NCBI GenBank assembly: GCA_964057225.1
Contig: OZ059894.1
Span: 18,228,001-18,292,000 of the forward strand
Origin: Auanema rhodensis
Taxonomy: Eukaryota > Animalia > Nematoda
Length of the DNA: 64,000 nt
Direction of reading: 5' to 3'
Shown: in pieces, positions 12,401-25,400 of the stretch
Layout: every line of letters starts with the position of its first letter
How positions within the stretch are numbered: the first letter of the stretch is position 1
Translations under genes and position numbers: made by a program
Notes under the pieces: model-generated
The model's database searches: none
Told to the model about the DNA's origin: nothing
What the model saw: the letters and a program-made list of their open reading frames with translations, nothing else

Positions 12401-14850
12401 AAAGTTCACGTAAATTTCAAAGTCATGGTTACCATGCGCCTATATCAATAAAAATTTGTTTTTAGTCTAATATGGCCATGAAGAATCTAATTATGAAAAC
12501 CGCATCTCTTTATCTTTTACGGAAAGCGAGTTACATACCATGTGCACATCACGTGTACATTTAATTAGCATAAATTAAAGTTCACGTAAATTTCAAAGTC
12601 ATGGTTACCATGCGGCTATATCAATAAAAATTTGTTTTTAGTCTAATATGGCCATGGGGAATCTAATTATGAAAACCGCATCTCTCTATCTTTCACGGAA
12701 AGCGAGTTACATACCATGTGCACATCACGTGTACATTTAATTAGCATAAATTAAAGTTCACGTAAATTTCAAAGTCATGGTTACCATGCACCAGTATCAA
12801 TGAAAATTTGTTTTTGGACTAATATGGCCATAGGGAATCTAATTTTGAAAACGGCATCTCTTCATCTTTGAGTTACATACCATGTGTACATCACGTGTAC
12901 ATTTAATTAGCATGAATTAAAGTTCACGTAAATTTTAAAGTCATGGTTACCATGCACCAATATCCATAAAATGTTGTTTTTAGACTAATATGGACATGGG
13001 GAATCTAATTATGAAAACCGCATCTCTTTATCTTTCACGGGAAGCGAGTTACATATCATGTGTACATCACGTGTACATTTAATTAGCATAAATTAAAGTT
13101 CACGTAAATTTCAAACTCATGGTTACCATGCACCAGTATCGATGAAAATTTGTTTTTGGACTAATATGGCCATAGGGAATCTAATTTTGAAAACCCCATC
13201 TCTTTATCTTTTACAGAAAGCGAGTTACATACCATGTGCACATCACGTGTACATTTAATTAGCATAAATTAAAGTTCACGTAAATTTCAAAGTCATGGTT
13301 ACCATGCACCTATATCAATAAAAATTTGTTTTCAGTCTAATATGGAAATGGGGAATCTAATTTTGAAAACCGCATCTCTTCATCTTTTACGGGAAGCGAG
13401 TTACATACCATGTGCACATCACGTGTACTATTAATTAGCATAAATTAAAGTTCACGTAAATTTCAAAGTCATGGTTACCATGCACCAGTATAAATGAAAA
13501 TTTGTTTTTGGACTAATATGGCCATAGGGAATCTAATTTTGAAAACCGCATCTCTTTATCTTTCACGGGAAGCGAGTTACATATCATGTGCACATCACGT
13601 GTACATTTAATTAGCATAAATTAAAGTTCACGTAAATTTCAAAGTCATGGTTACCATGCACCAATATCCATAAAAATTTGTTTTGAGACTAATATGGACA
13701 TGGGGAATCTAATTTTGAAAACCGCATCTCTTTATCTTCAACGGGAAACGAGTTACATATCATGTGTACATCACGTGTACATTTAATTAGCATAAATTAA
13801 AGTTCACGTAAATTTCAAACTCATGGTTACCATGCACCAGTATCAATGAAAATTTGTTTTTGGACTAATATGGCCATAGGGAATCTAATTTTGAAAACCC
13901 CATCTCTTTATCTTTTACAGAAAGCGAGTTACATACCATGTGCCCATCACGTGTACATTTAATTAGCATAAATTAAAGTTCACGTAAATTTCAAAGTCAT
14001 GGTTACCATGCGCCTATATCAATAAAAATTTGTTTTTAGTCTAATATGGCCATGAAGAATCTAATTATGAAAACCGCATCTCTTTATCTTTTACGGAAAG
14101 CGAGTTACATACCATGTGCACATCACGTGTACATTTAATTAGCATAAATTAAAGTTCACGTAAATTTCAAAGTCATGGTTACCATGCGGCTATATCAATA
14201 AAAATTTGTTTTTAGTCTAATATGGCCATGGGGAATCTAATTATGAAAACCGCATCTCTCTATCTTTCACGGAAAGCGAGTTACATACCATGTGCACATC
14301 ACGTGTACATTTAATTAGCATAAATTAAAGTTCACGTAAATTTCAAAGTCATGGTTACCATGCACCAGTATCAATGAAAATTTGTTTTTGGACTAATATG
14401 GCCATAGGGAATCTAATTTTGAAAACGGCATCTCTTCATCTTTGAGTTACATACCATGTGTACATCACGTGTACATTTAATTAGCATGAATTAAAGTTCA
14501 CGTAAATTTTAAAGTCATGGTTACCATGCACCAATATCCATAAAATGTTGTTTTTAGACTAATATGGACATGGGGAATCTAATTATGAAAACCGCATCTC
14601 TTTATCTTTCACGGGAAGCGAGTTACATATCATGTGTACATCACGTGTACATTTAATTAGCATAAATTAAAGTTCACGTAAATTTCAAACTCATGGTTAC
14701 CATGCACCAGTATCGATGAAAATTTGTTTTTGGACTAATATGGCCATAGGGAATCTAATTTTGAAAACCCCATCTCTTTATCTTTTACAGAAAGCGAGTT
14801 ACATACCATGTGCACATCACGTGTACATTTAATTAGCATAAATTAAAGTT
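6443..14850 (+). repeat. 24-monomer higher-order repeat, 2 near-identical copies, period 4204 bp
   Basis: 4204 = 24x176-20. Private SNPs repeat at +4204: GACTACTA (monomers 7675/11879), GTATACTAT (6795/10999), ACCTTG (7851/12055). Confidence 0.9.
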
Positions 14851-15554
14851 CACGTAAATTTCAAAGTCATGGTTACCATGCACCTATATCAATAAAAATT
14901 TGTTTTCAGTCTAATATGGAAATGGGGAATCTAATTTTGAAAACCGCATCTCTTCATCTTTTACGGGAAGCGAGTTACATACCATGTGCACATCACGTGT
15001 ACTATTAATTAGCATAAATTAAAGTTCACGTAAATTTCAAAGTCATGGTTACCATGCACCAGTATAAATGAAAATTTGTTTTTGGACTAATATGGCCATA
15101 GGGAATCTAATTTTGAAAACCGCATCTCTTTATCTTTCACGGGAAGCGAGTTACATATCATGTGCACATCACGTGTACATTTAATTAGCATAAATTAAAG
15201 TTCACGTAAATTTCAAAGTCATGGTTACCATGCACCAATATCCATAAAAATTTGTTTTGAGACTAATATGGACATGGGGAATCTAATTTTGAAAACCGCA
15301 TCTCTTTATCTTCAACGGGAAACGAGTTACATATCATGTGTACATCACGTGTACATTTAATTAGCATAAATTAAAGTTCACGTAAATTTCAAACTCATGG
15401 TTACCATGCACCAGTATCAATGAAAATTTGTTTTTGGACTAATATGGCCATAGGGAATCTAATTTTGAAAACCCCATCTCTTTATCTTTTACAGAAAGCG
15501 AGTTACATACCATGTGCACATCGCGTGTACATTTGATTAGCATAAAATAAAGTT
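12407..15554 (+). repeat. 9-monomer higher-order repeat, period 1574 bp (also 8203-10646), nested in the 24-mer
   Basis: CATGAAG monomers at 8203/9777 and 12407/13981. GCGGC and AAAATGTT markers follow at the same offset. 1574 = 9x176-10. Confidence 0.88.
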
Positions 15555-18500
15555 CACGTAAATTTCAAAGTCATGGTTACCATGCACCAATATCCATAAA
15601 AATTTGTTTTTAGTTTAATATGGCCATGGGGAATCTAATTTTGGAAACAGCATCTCTTTATCTTTTACGGAAAGCGAGTTACATACCATGTGCACATCAC
15701 GTGTACATTTAATTAGCATAAATTAAAGTTCACGTAAATTTCAAAGTCATGGTTACCATGCACCAGTATAAATGAAAATTTGTTTTTGGACTAATATGGC
15801 CACAGGGAATCTAATTTTGAAAACCGCATCTCTTTATCTTTCACGGGAAGCGAGTTACATATCATGTGCACATCACGTGTACATTTAATTAGCATAAATT
15901 AAAGTTCACGTAAATTTCAAAGTCATGGTTACCATGCGCCAATATCAATAAAAATTTGTTTTTAGTCTAATATGGCCATGGGGAATCTAATTATGAAAAC
16001 CGCATCTCTTTATCTTTCACGGAAAGCGAGTTACATACCATGTGCACATCACGTGTACATTTAATTAGCATAAATTAAAGTTCACGTAAATTTTAAAGTC
16101 ATGGTTACCATGCACCAATATCCATAAAAATTTGTTTTTAGACTAATATGGACATGGGGAATCTAATTTTGAAATTCGCATCTCTTTATCTTTAACGGGA
16201 AACGAGTTACATATCATGTGTACATCACGTGTACATTTAATTAGCATAAATTAAAGTTCACGTAAATTTTAAAGTCATGGTTACCATGCACCAATATCCA
16301 TAAAAATTTGTTTTTAGACTAATATGGACATGGGGAATCTAATTTTGAAAACCGCATCTCTTTATCTTTAACGGGAAACGAGTTACATATCATATGTACA
16401 TCACGTGTACATTTAATTAGCATAAATTAAAGTTCACGTAAATTTCAAAGTCATGGTTAACATGCGCCTATATCAATAAAAATTTGTTTTTAGTCTAATA
16501 TGGCCATGGGGAATCTAATTTTGAAAACCGTATCTCTTTATCTTTTACGGGAAGCGAATTACATACCATGTGTAAATCACGTGTACATTTAATTAGCATA
16601 AATTAAAGTTCACGTAAATTTTAAAGTCATGGTTACCATGCGCCTATATCAATAAAAATTTGTTTTTAGTGTAAAATGGCCATGGGGAATCAAATTATGA
16701 AAACCGCATCTCTTTATCTTCCACGGAAATAGAGTTACATATCATGTGCACATCACGTGTACATTTAATTAGCATAAATTAAAGTTCACGTAAATTTCAA
16801 AGTCATGGTTACCATGCACCTATATCAATAAAAATTTGTTTTCAGTCTAAAATGGCCATGGGGAATCTAATTATGAAAACCGCATCTTTTTATCTTTCAC
16901 GGAAAAAGAGTTACATATCATGTGCACATCACGTGTACATTTAATTAGCATAAATTAAAGTTCACGTAAATTTCAAAGTCATGGTTACCATGCACCTATA
17001 TCAATAAAAATTTGTTTTCAGTCTAATATGGAAATGGGGAATCTAATTTTGAAAACCGCATCTCTTTACCTTTTACGGGAAGCGAGTTACATACCATGTG
17101 CACATCACGTGTACATTTAATTAGCATAAATTAAAGTTCACGTAAATTTCAAAGTCATGGTTACCATGCACCAGTATCAATGAAAATTTGTTTTTGGACT
17201 AATATGGCCATAGGGAATCTAATTTTGAAAACGGCTTCTCTTCATCTTTGAGTTACATACCATGTGTACATCACGTGTACATTTAATTAGCATAAATTAA
17301 AGTTCACGTAAATTTTAAAGTCATGGTTACCATGCACCAATATCCATAAAAATTTGTTTTTAGACTAATATGGACATGGGGAATCTAATTTTGAAAACCG
17401 TATCTCTTTATCTTCAACGGGAAACGAGTTACATATCATGTGTACATCACGTGTACATTTAATTAGCATAAATTAAAGTTCACGTAAATTTCAAACTCAT
17501 GGTTACCATGCACCAGTATCAATGAAAATTGGTTTTTGGACTAATATGGCCATAGGGAATCTTATTTTGAAAACCCCATCTCTTTATCTTTTACAGAAAG
17601 CGAGTTACATACCATGTGCACATCACGTGTACATTTAATTAGCATAAATTAAAGTTCACGTAAATTTTAAAGTCATGGTTACCATGCACCAATATCCATA
17701 AAAATTTGTTTTTAGACTAATATGGACATGGGGAATCTAATTTTGAAAACTGCATCTCTTTATCTTTAACGGGAAACGAGTTACATATCATGTGTTGATC
17801 ACGTGTACATTTGATTAGCATAAATTAAAGTTCACGTAAATTTCAAAGTCATGGTTACCATGCACCAATATCCATAAAAATTTGTTTTTAGTTTAATATG
17901 GCCATGGGGAATCTAATTTTGAAAACCGCATCTCTTTATCTTTTACGGAAAGCGAGTTACATACCATGTGCACATCACGTGTACATTTAATTAGCATAAA
18001 TTAAAGTTCACGTAAATTTCAAAGTCATGGTTACCATGCACCAGTATGAATGAAAATTTGTTTTTGGACTAATATGGCCATAGGGAATCTAATTTTGAAA
18101 ACCGCATCTCTTTATCTTTCACGGGAAGCGAGTTACATATCATGTGCACATCACGTGTACATTTAATTAGCATAAATTAAAGTTCACGTAAATTTCAAAG
18201 TCATGGTTACCATGCACCAATGTCCATAAACATTTGTTTTTAGACTAATATGGACATGGGGAATCTAATTTTGAAAACCGCATCTCTTTATCTTCAACGG
18301 GAAACGAGTTACATATCATGTGTACATCACGTGTACATTTAATTAGCATAAATTAAAGTTCACGTAAATTTCAAACTCATGGTTACCATGCACCAGTATC
18401 AATGAAAATTTGTTTTTGGACTAATATGGCCATAGGGAATCTAATTTTGAAAACCCCATCTCTTTATCTTTCACGGGAAGCGAGTTACATATCATGTGCA

Positions 18501-19406
18501 CATCACGTGTACATTTAATTAGCATAAGTTAAAGTTCACGTAAATTTCAAAGTCATGGTTACCATGCGCCTATATCAATAAAAATTTGTATTCAGTCTAA
18601 TATGGCCATGGGGAATCTAATTATGAAAACCGCATCTCTTTATCTTTCACGGAAAGCGAGTTACATACCATGTGCACATCACGTCTACATTTAATTAGCA
18701 TAAATTAAAGTTCACGTAAATTTCAAAGTCATGGTTACCATGCACAAGTATCAATAAAAATTTGTTTTCGGACTAATATGGCCATGGGGAATCTAATTTT
18801 GAAAACCGCATCTCTTTATCTTTTACGGAAAGCGAGTTACATACCATGTGCCCATCACGTGTACATTTAATTAGCATAAATTAAAGTTCACGTAAATTTC
18901 AAAGTCATGGTTACCATGCGCCTATATCAATAAAAATTTGTTTTTAGTCTAATATGGCCATGAAGAATCTAATTATGAAAACCGCATCTCTTTATCTTTT
19001 ACGGAAAGCGAGTTACATACCATGTGCACATCGCGTGTACATTTAATTAGCATAAATTAAAGTTCACGTAAATTTCAAAGTCATGGTTACCATGCGCCTA
19101 TATCAATAAAAATTTGTTTTTAGTCTAATATGGCCATGGGGAATCTAATTATGAAAACCGCTTCTCTCTATCTTTCACGGAAAGCGAGTTACATACCATG
19201 TGCACATCACGTGTACATTTAATTAGCATAAATTAAAGTTCACGTAAATTTCAAAGTCATGGTTACCATGCACCAGTATCAATGAAAATTTGTTTTTGGA
19301 CTAATATGGCCATAGGGAATCTAATTTTGAAAACGGCATCTCTTCATCTTTGAGTTACATACCATGTGTACATCACGTGTACATTTAATTAGCATGAATT
19401 AAAGTT

Positions 19407-22400
19407 CACGTAAATTTTAAAGTCATGGTTACCATGCACCAATATCCATAAAAATTTGTTTTTAGACTAATATGGACATGGGGAATCTAATTATGAAAAC
19501 CGCATCTCTTTATCTTTCACGGGAAGCGAGTTACATATCATGTGTACATCACGTGTACATTTAATTAGCATAAATTAAAGTTCACGTAAATTTCAAACTC
19601 ATGGTTACCATGCACCAGTATCGATGAAAATTTGTTTTTGGACTAATATGGCCATAGGGAATCTAATTTTGAAAACCCCATCTCTTTATCTTTAACAGAA
19701 AGCGAGTTACATACCATGTGCACATCACGTGTACATTTAATTAGCATAAATTAAAGTTCACGTAAATTTCAAAGTCATGGTTACCATGCACCTATATCAA
19801 TAAAATTTGTTTTCAGTCTAATATGGAAATGGGGAATCTAATTTTGAAAACCGCATCTCTTCATCTTTTACGGGAAGCGAGTTACATACCATGTGCACAT
19901 CACGTGTACTATTAATTAGCATAAATTAAAGTTCACGTAAATTTCAAAGTCATGGTTACCATGCACCAGTATAAATGAAAATTTGTTTTTGGACTAATAT
20001 GGCCATAGGGAATCTAATTTTGAAAACCGCATCTCTTTATCTTTCACGGGAAGCGAGTTACATATCATGTGCACATCACGTGTACATTTAATTAGCATAA
20101 ATTAAAGTTCACGTAAATTTCAAAGTCATGGTTACCATGCACCAATATCCATAAAAATTTGTTTTGAGACTAATATGGACATGGGGAATCTAATTTTGAA
20201 AACCGCATCTTTTTATCTTCAACGGGAAACGAGTTACATATCATGTGTACATCACGTGTACATTTAATTAGCATAAATTAAAGTTCACGTAAATTTCAAA
20301 CTCATGGTTACCATGCACCAGTATCAATGAAAATTTGTTTTTGGACTAATATGGCCATAGGGAATCTAATTTTGAAAACCCCATCTCTTTATCTTTTACA
20401 GAAAGCGAGTTACATACCATGTGCACATCGCGTGTACATTTGATTAGCATAAAATAAAGTTCACGTAAATTTCAAAGTCATGGTTACCATGCACCAATAT
20501 CCATAAAAATTTGTTTTTAGTTTAATATGGCCATGGGGAATCTAATTTTGAAAACCGCATCTCTTCATCTTTTACGGAAAGCGAGTTACATACCATGTGC
20601 ACATCACGTGTACATTTAATTAGCATAAATTAAAGTTCACGTAAATTTCAAAGTCATGGTTACCATGCACCAGTATAAATGAAAATTTGTTTTTGGACTA
20701 ATATGGCCATAGGGAATCTAATTTTGAAAACCGCATCTCTTTATCTTTCACGGGAAGCGAGTTACATATCATGTGCACATCACGTGTACATTTAATTAGC
20801 ATAAATTAAAGTTCACGTAAATTTCAAAGTCATGGTTACCATGCGCCTATATCAATAAAAATTTGTTTTTAGTCTAATATGGCCATGGGGAATCTAATTA
20901 TGAAAACCGCATCTCTTTATCTTTCACGGAAAGCGAGTTACATACCATGTGCACATCACGTGTACATTTAATTAGCATAAATTAAAGTTCACGTAAATTT
21001 TAAAGTCATGGTTACCATGCGCCTATATCAATAAAAATTTGTTTTTAGTGTAAAATGGCCATGGGGAATCAAATTTTGAAAACCGCATCTCTTTATCTTT
21101 CACGGGAAGCGAGTTACATATCATGTGCACATCACGTGTACATTTAATTAGCATAAATTAAAGTTCACGTAAATTTCAAAGTCATGGTTACCATGCACCA
21201 GTATAAATGAAAATTTGTTTTTGGACTAATATGGCCATAGGGAATCTAATTTTGAAAACCGCATCTCTTTATCTTTCAAGGGAGCGAGTTACATATCATG
21301 TGCACATCACGTGTACATTTAATTAGCATAAATTAAAGTTCACGTAAATTTCAAAGTCATGGTTACCATGCACCAGTATAAATGAAAATTTGTTTTTGGA
21401 CTAATATGGCCATAGGGAATCTAATTTTGAAAACCGCATCTCTTTATCTTTCACGGGAAGCGAGTTACATATCATGTGCACATCACGTGTAAATTTAATT
21501 AGCATAAATTAAAGTTCACGTAAATTTCAAAGTCATGGTTACCATGCGCCTATATCAATAAAAATTTGTTTTTAGTCTAATATGGCCATGGGGAATCTAA
21601 TTTTGAAAACCGTATCTCTTTATCTTTTACGGGAAGCGAGTTACATACTATGTGTGAATCACGTGTACATTTAATTAGCATAAATTAAAGTTCACGTAAA
21701 TTTTAAAGTCATGGTTACCATGCGCCTATATCAATAAAAATTTGTTTTTAGTGTAAAATGGCCATGGGGAATCAAATTATGAAAACCGCATCTCTTTATC
21801 TTTCACGGAAATAGAGTTACATATCATGTGCACATCACGTGTACATTTAATTAGCATAAATTAAAGTTCACGTAAATTTCAAAGTCATGGTTACCATGCA
21901 CCTATATCAATAAAAATTTGTTTTCAGTCTAATATGGAAATGGGGAATCTAATTTTGAAAACCGCATCTCTTTATCTTTCACGGAAAGCGAGTTACATAC
22001 CATGTGCACATCACGTCTACATTTAATTAGCATAAATTAAAGTTCACGTAAATTTTAAAGTCATGGTTACCATGCACCAATATCCATAAAAATTTGTTTT
22101 TAGACTAATATGGACATGGGGAATCTAATTTTGAAAATCGCATCTCTTTATCTTTAACGGGAAACGAGTTACAAATCATGTGTACATCACGTGTACATTT
22201 AATTAGCATAAATTAAAGTTCACGTAAATTTTAAAGTCATGGTTACCATGCACCAATATCCATAAAAATTTGTTTTTAGACTAATATGGACATGGAGAAT
22301 CTAATTTTGTAAACCGCATCTCTTTATCTTTAACGGGAAACGAGTTACATATCATGTGTAGATCACGTGTACATTTAATTAGCATAAATTAAAGTTCACG

Positions 22401-25400
22401 TAAATTTTAAAGTCATGGTTACCATGCACCAATATCCATAAAAATTTGTTTTTAGACTAATATGGACATGGGGAATCTAATTTTGAAAACCGCATCTCTT
22501 TATCTTTAACGGGAAACGAGTTACATATCATGTGTACATCACGTGTACATTTAATTAGCATAAATTAAAGTTCACGTAAATTTCAAAGTCATGGTTAACA
22601 TGCGCCTATATCAATAAAAATTTGTTTTTAGTCTAATATGGCCATGGGGAATCTAATTTTGAAAACCGTATCTCTTTATCTTTTACGGGAAGCGAGTTAC
22701 ATACCATGTGTGAATCACGTGTACATTTAATTAGCATAAATTAAAGTTCACGTAAATTTTAAAGTCATGGTTACCATGCGCCTATATCAATAAAAATTTG
22801 TTTTTAGTGTAAAATGGCCATGGGGAATCAAATTATGAAAACCGCATCTCTTTATCTTTCACGGAAATAGAGTTACATATCATGTGCACATCACGTGTAC
22901 ATTTAATTAGCATAAATTAAAGTTCACGTAAATTTCAAAGTCATGGTTACCATGCACCTATATCAATAAAAATTTGTTTTCAGTCTAATATGGAAATGGG
23001 GAATCTAATTTTGAAAACCGCATCTCTTTATCTTTCACGGAAAGCGAGTTACATACCATGTGCACATCACATCTACATTTAATTAGCATAAATTAAAGTT
23101 CACGTAAATTTCAAAGTCATGGTTACCATGCACAAGTATCAATAAAAATTTGTTTTTAGTCTAAAATGGCCATGGGGAATCTAATTATGAAAACCGCATC
23201 TTTTTATCTTTCACGGAAAGAGAGTTACATATCATGTGCACATCACGTGTACATTTAATTAGCATAAATTAAAGTTCACGTAATATTCAAAGTCATGGTT
23301 ACCATGCACCTATATCAATAAAAATTTGTTTTCAGTCTAATATGGAAATGGGGAATCTATTTTTGAAAACCGCATCTCTTTACCTTTTACGGGAAGCGAG
23401 TTACATACCATGTGCACATCACGTGTACATTTAATTAGCATAAATTAAAGTTCACGTAAATTTCAAAGTCATGGTTACCATGCACCAGTATCAATGAAAA
23501 TTTGTTTTTGGACTAATATGGCCATAGGGAATCTAATTTTGAAAACGGCATCTCTTCATCTTTGAGTTACATACCATGTGTACATCACGTGTACATTAAA
23601 TTAGCATAAATTAAAGTTCACGTAAATTTCAAAGTCATGGTTACCATGCACCTATATCAATAAAAATTTGTTTTCAGTCTAATATGGAAATGGGGAATCT
23701 AATTTTGAAAACCGCATCTCTTTATCTTTTACGGGAAGCGAGTTACATACCATGTGCACATCACGTGTACATTTAATTACCATAAATTAAAGTTCACGTA
23801 AATTTCAAAGTCATGGTTACCATGCACCTATATCAATAAAAATTTGTTTTCAGTCTAATATGGAAATGGGAAATCTAATTTTGAAAACCGCATCTCTTTA
23901 TCTTTTACGGGAAGCGAGTTACATACCATGTGCACATCACGTGTACATTTAATTAGCATAAATTAAAGTTCACGTAAATTTCAAAGTCACGGTTACCATG
24001 CACCAGTATCAATGAAAATTTGTTTTTGGACCAATATGGCCATAGGGAATCTAATTTTGAAAACCCCATCTCTTTATCTTTTACGGAAAGCGAGTTACAT
24101 ATCATGTGCACATCACGTGTACATTTAATTAGCATAAATTAAAGTTCACGTAAATTTCAAAGTCATGGTTACCATGCACATATATCAATAAAAATTTGTT
24201 TTCAGTCTAATATGGAAATGGGGAATCTAATTTTGAAAACCGCATCTCTTCATCTTTTACGGAAAGCGAGTTACATACCATGTGCACATCACGTTTACAT
24301 TTAATTAGCATAAATTAAAGTTCACGTAAATTTCAAAGTCATGGTTACCATGCACCAGTATAAATGAAAATTTGTTTTTGGACTAATATGGCCATAGGGA
24401 ATCTAATTTTGAAAACCCCATCTCTTTATCTTTTACGTAAAGCGAGTTACATATCATGTGCACATCACGTGTACATTTAATTAGCATAAATTAAAGTTCA
24501 CGTAAATTTCAAAGTCATGGTTACCATGCACCAGTATAAATGAAAATTTGTTTTTGGACTAATATGGCCATAGGGAATCTAATTTTGAAAACCCCATCTC
24601 TTTATCTTTTACGGGAAGCGAGTTACATACCATGTGCACATCACGTGTACATTTAATTAGCATAAATTAAAGTTCACGTAAACTTCAAAGTCACGGTTAC
24701 CATGCACCAGTATAAATGAGAATTTGTTTTTGGACTAATATGGCCATAGGGAATCTAATTATGAAAACCGCATCTCTTTATCTTTCACGGAAAGAGAGTT
24801 ACATACCATGTGTAAATCACGTGTACATTTAATTAGCATAAATTAAAGTTCACGTAAATTTTAAAGTCATTGTTACCATGCACCAATATCCATAAAAATT
24901 TGTTTTTAGACTAATATGGACATGGGGAATCTAATTTTGAAAACCGCATCTCTTTATCTTTAACGGGAAACGAGTTACATATCATGTGTACATCACGTGT
25001 ACATTTAATTAGCATAAATTAAAGTTCACGTAAATTTCAAAGTCATGGTTACCATGCGCCTATATCAATAAAAATTTGTTTTTAGTCTAATATGGCCATG
25101 GGGAATCTAATTTTGAAAACCGTATCTCTTTATCTTTTACGGGAAGCGAGTTACATACCATGTGTAAATCACGTGTACATTTAATTAGCATAAATTAAAG
25201 TTCACGTAAATTTTAAAGTCATGGTTACCATGCGCCTATATCAATAAAAATTTGTTTTTAGTGTAAAATGGCCATGGGGAATCAAATTATGAAAACCGCA
25301 TCTCTTTATCTTTCACGGAAATAGAGTTACATATCATGTGCACATCACGTGTACATTTAATTAGCATAAATTAAAGTTCACGTAAATTTCAAAGTCATGG

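Noticed and set aside
19800-21290. 1-bp deletions as possible sequencing errors
   Set aside because: The A-run deletion in monomer 19759 is shared with its paralogue 26435 and is probably real. The one in monomer 21166 is private and cannot be judged. Neither is informative enough to report as a finding.
23953-24135. 60-aa minus-strand ORF, identical at 31510, 34150 and 35558
   Set aside because: It spans about one monomer and is open because GGACTAA became GGACCAA (24032), turning a minus-strand TAG into TGG. The four copies are HOR duplicates, and there is no gene context or recognisable domain.
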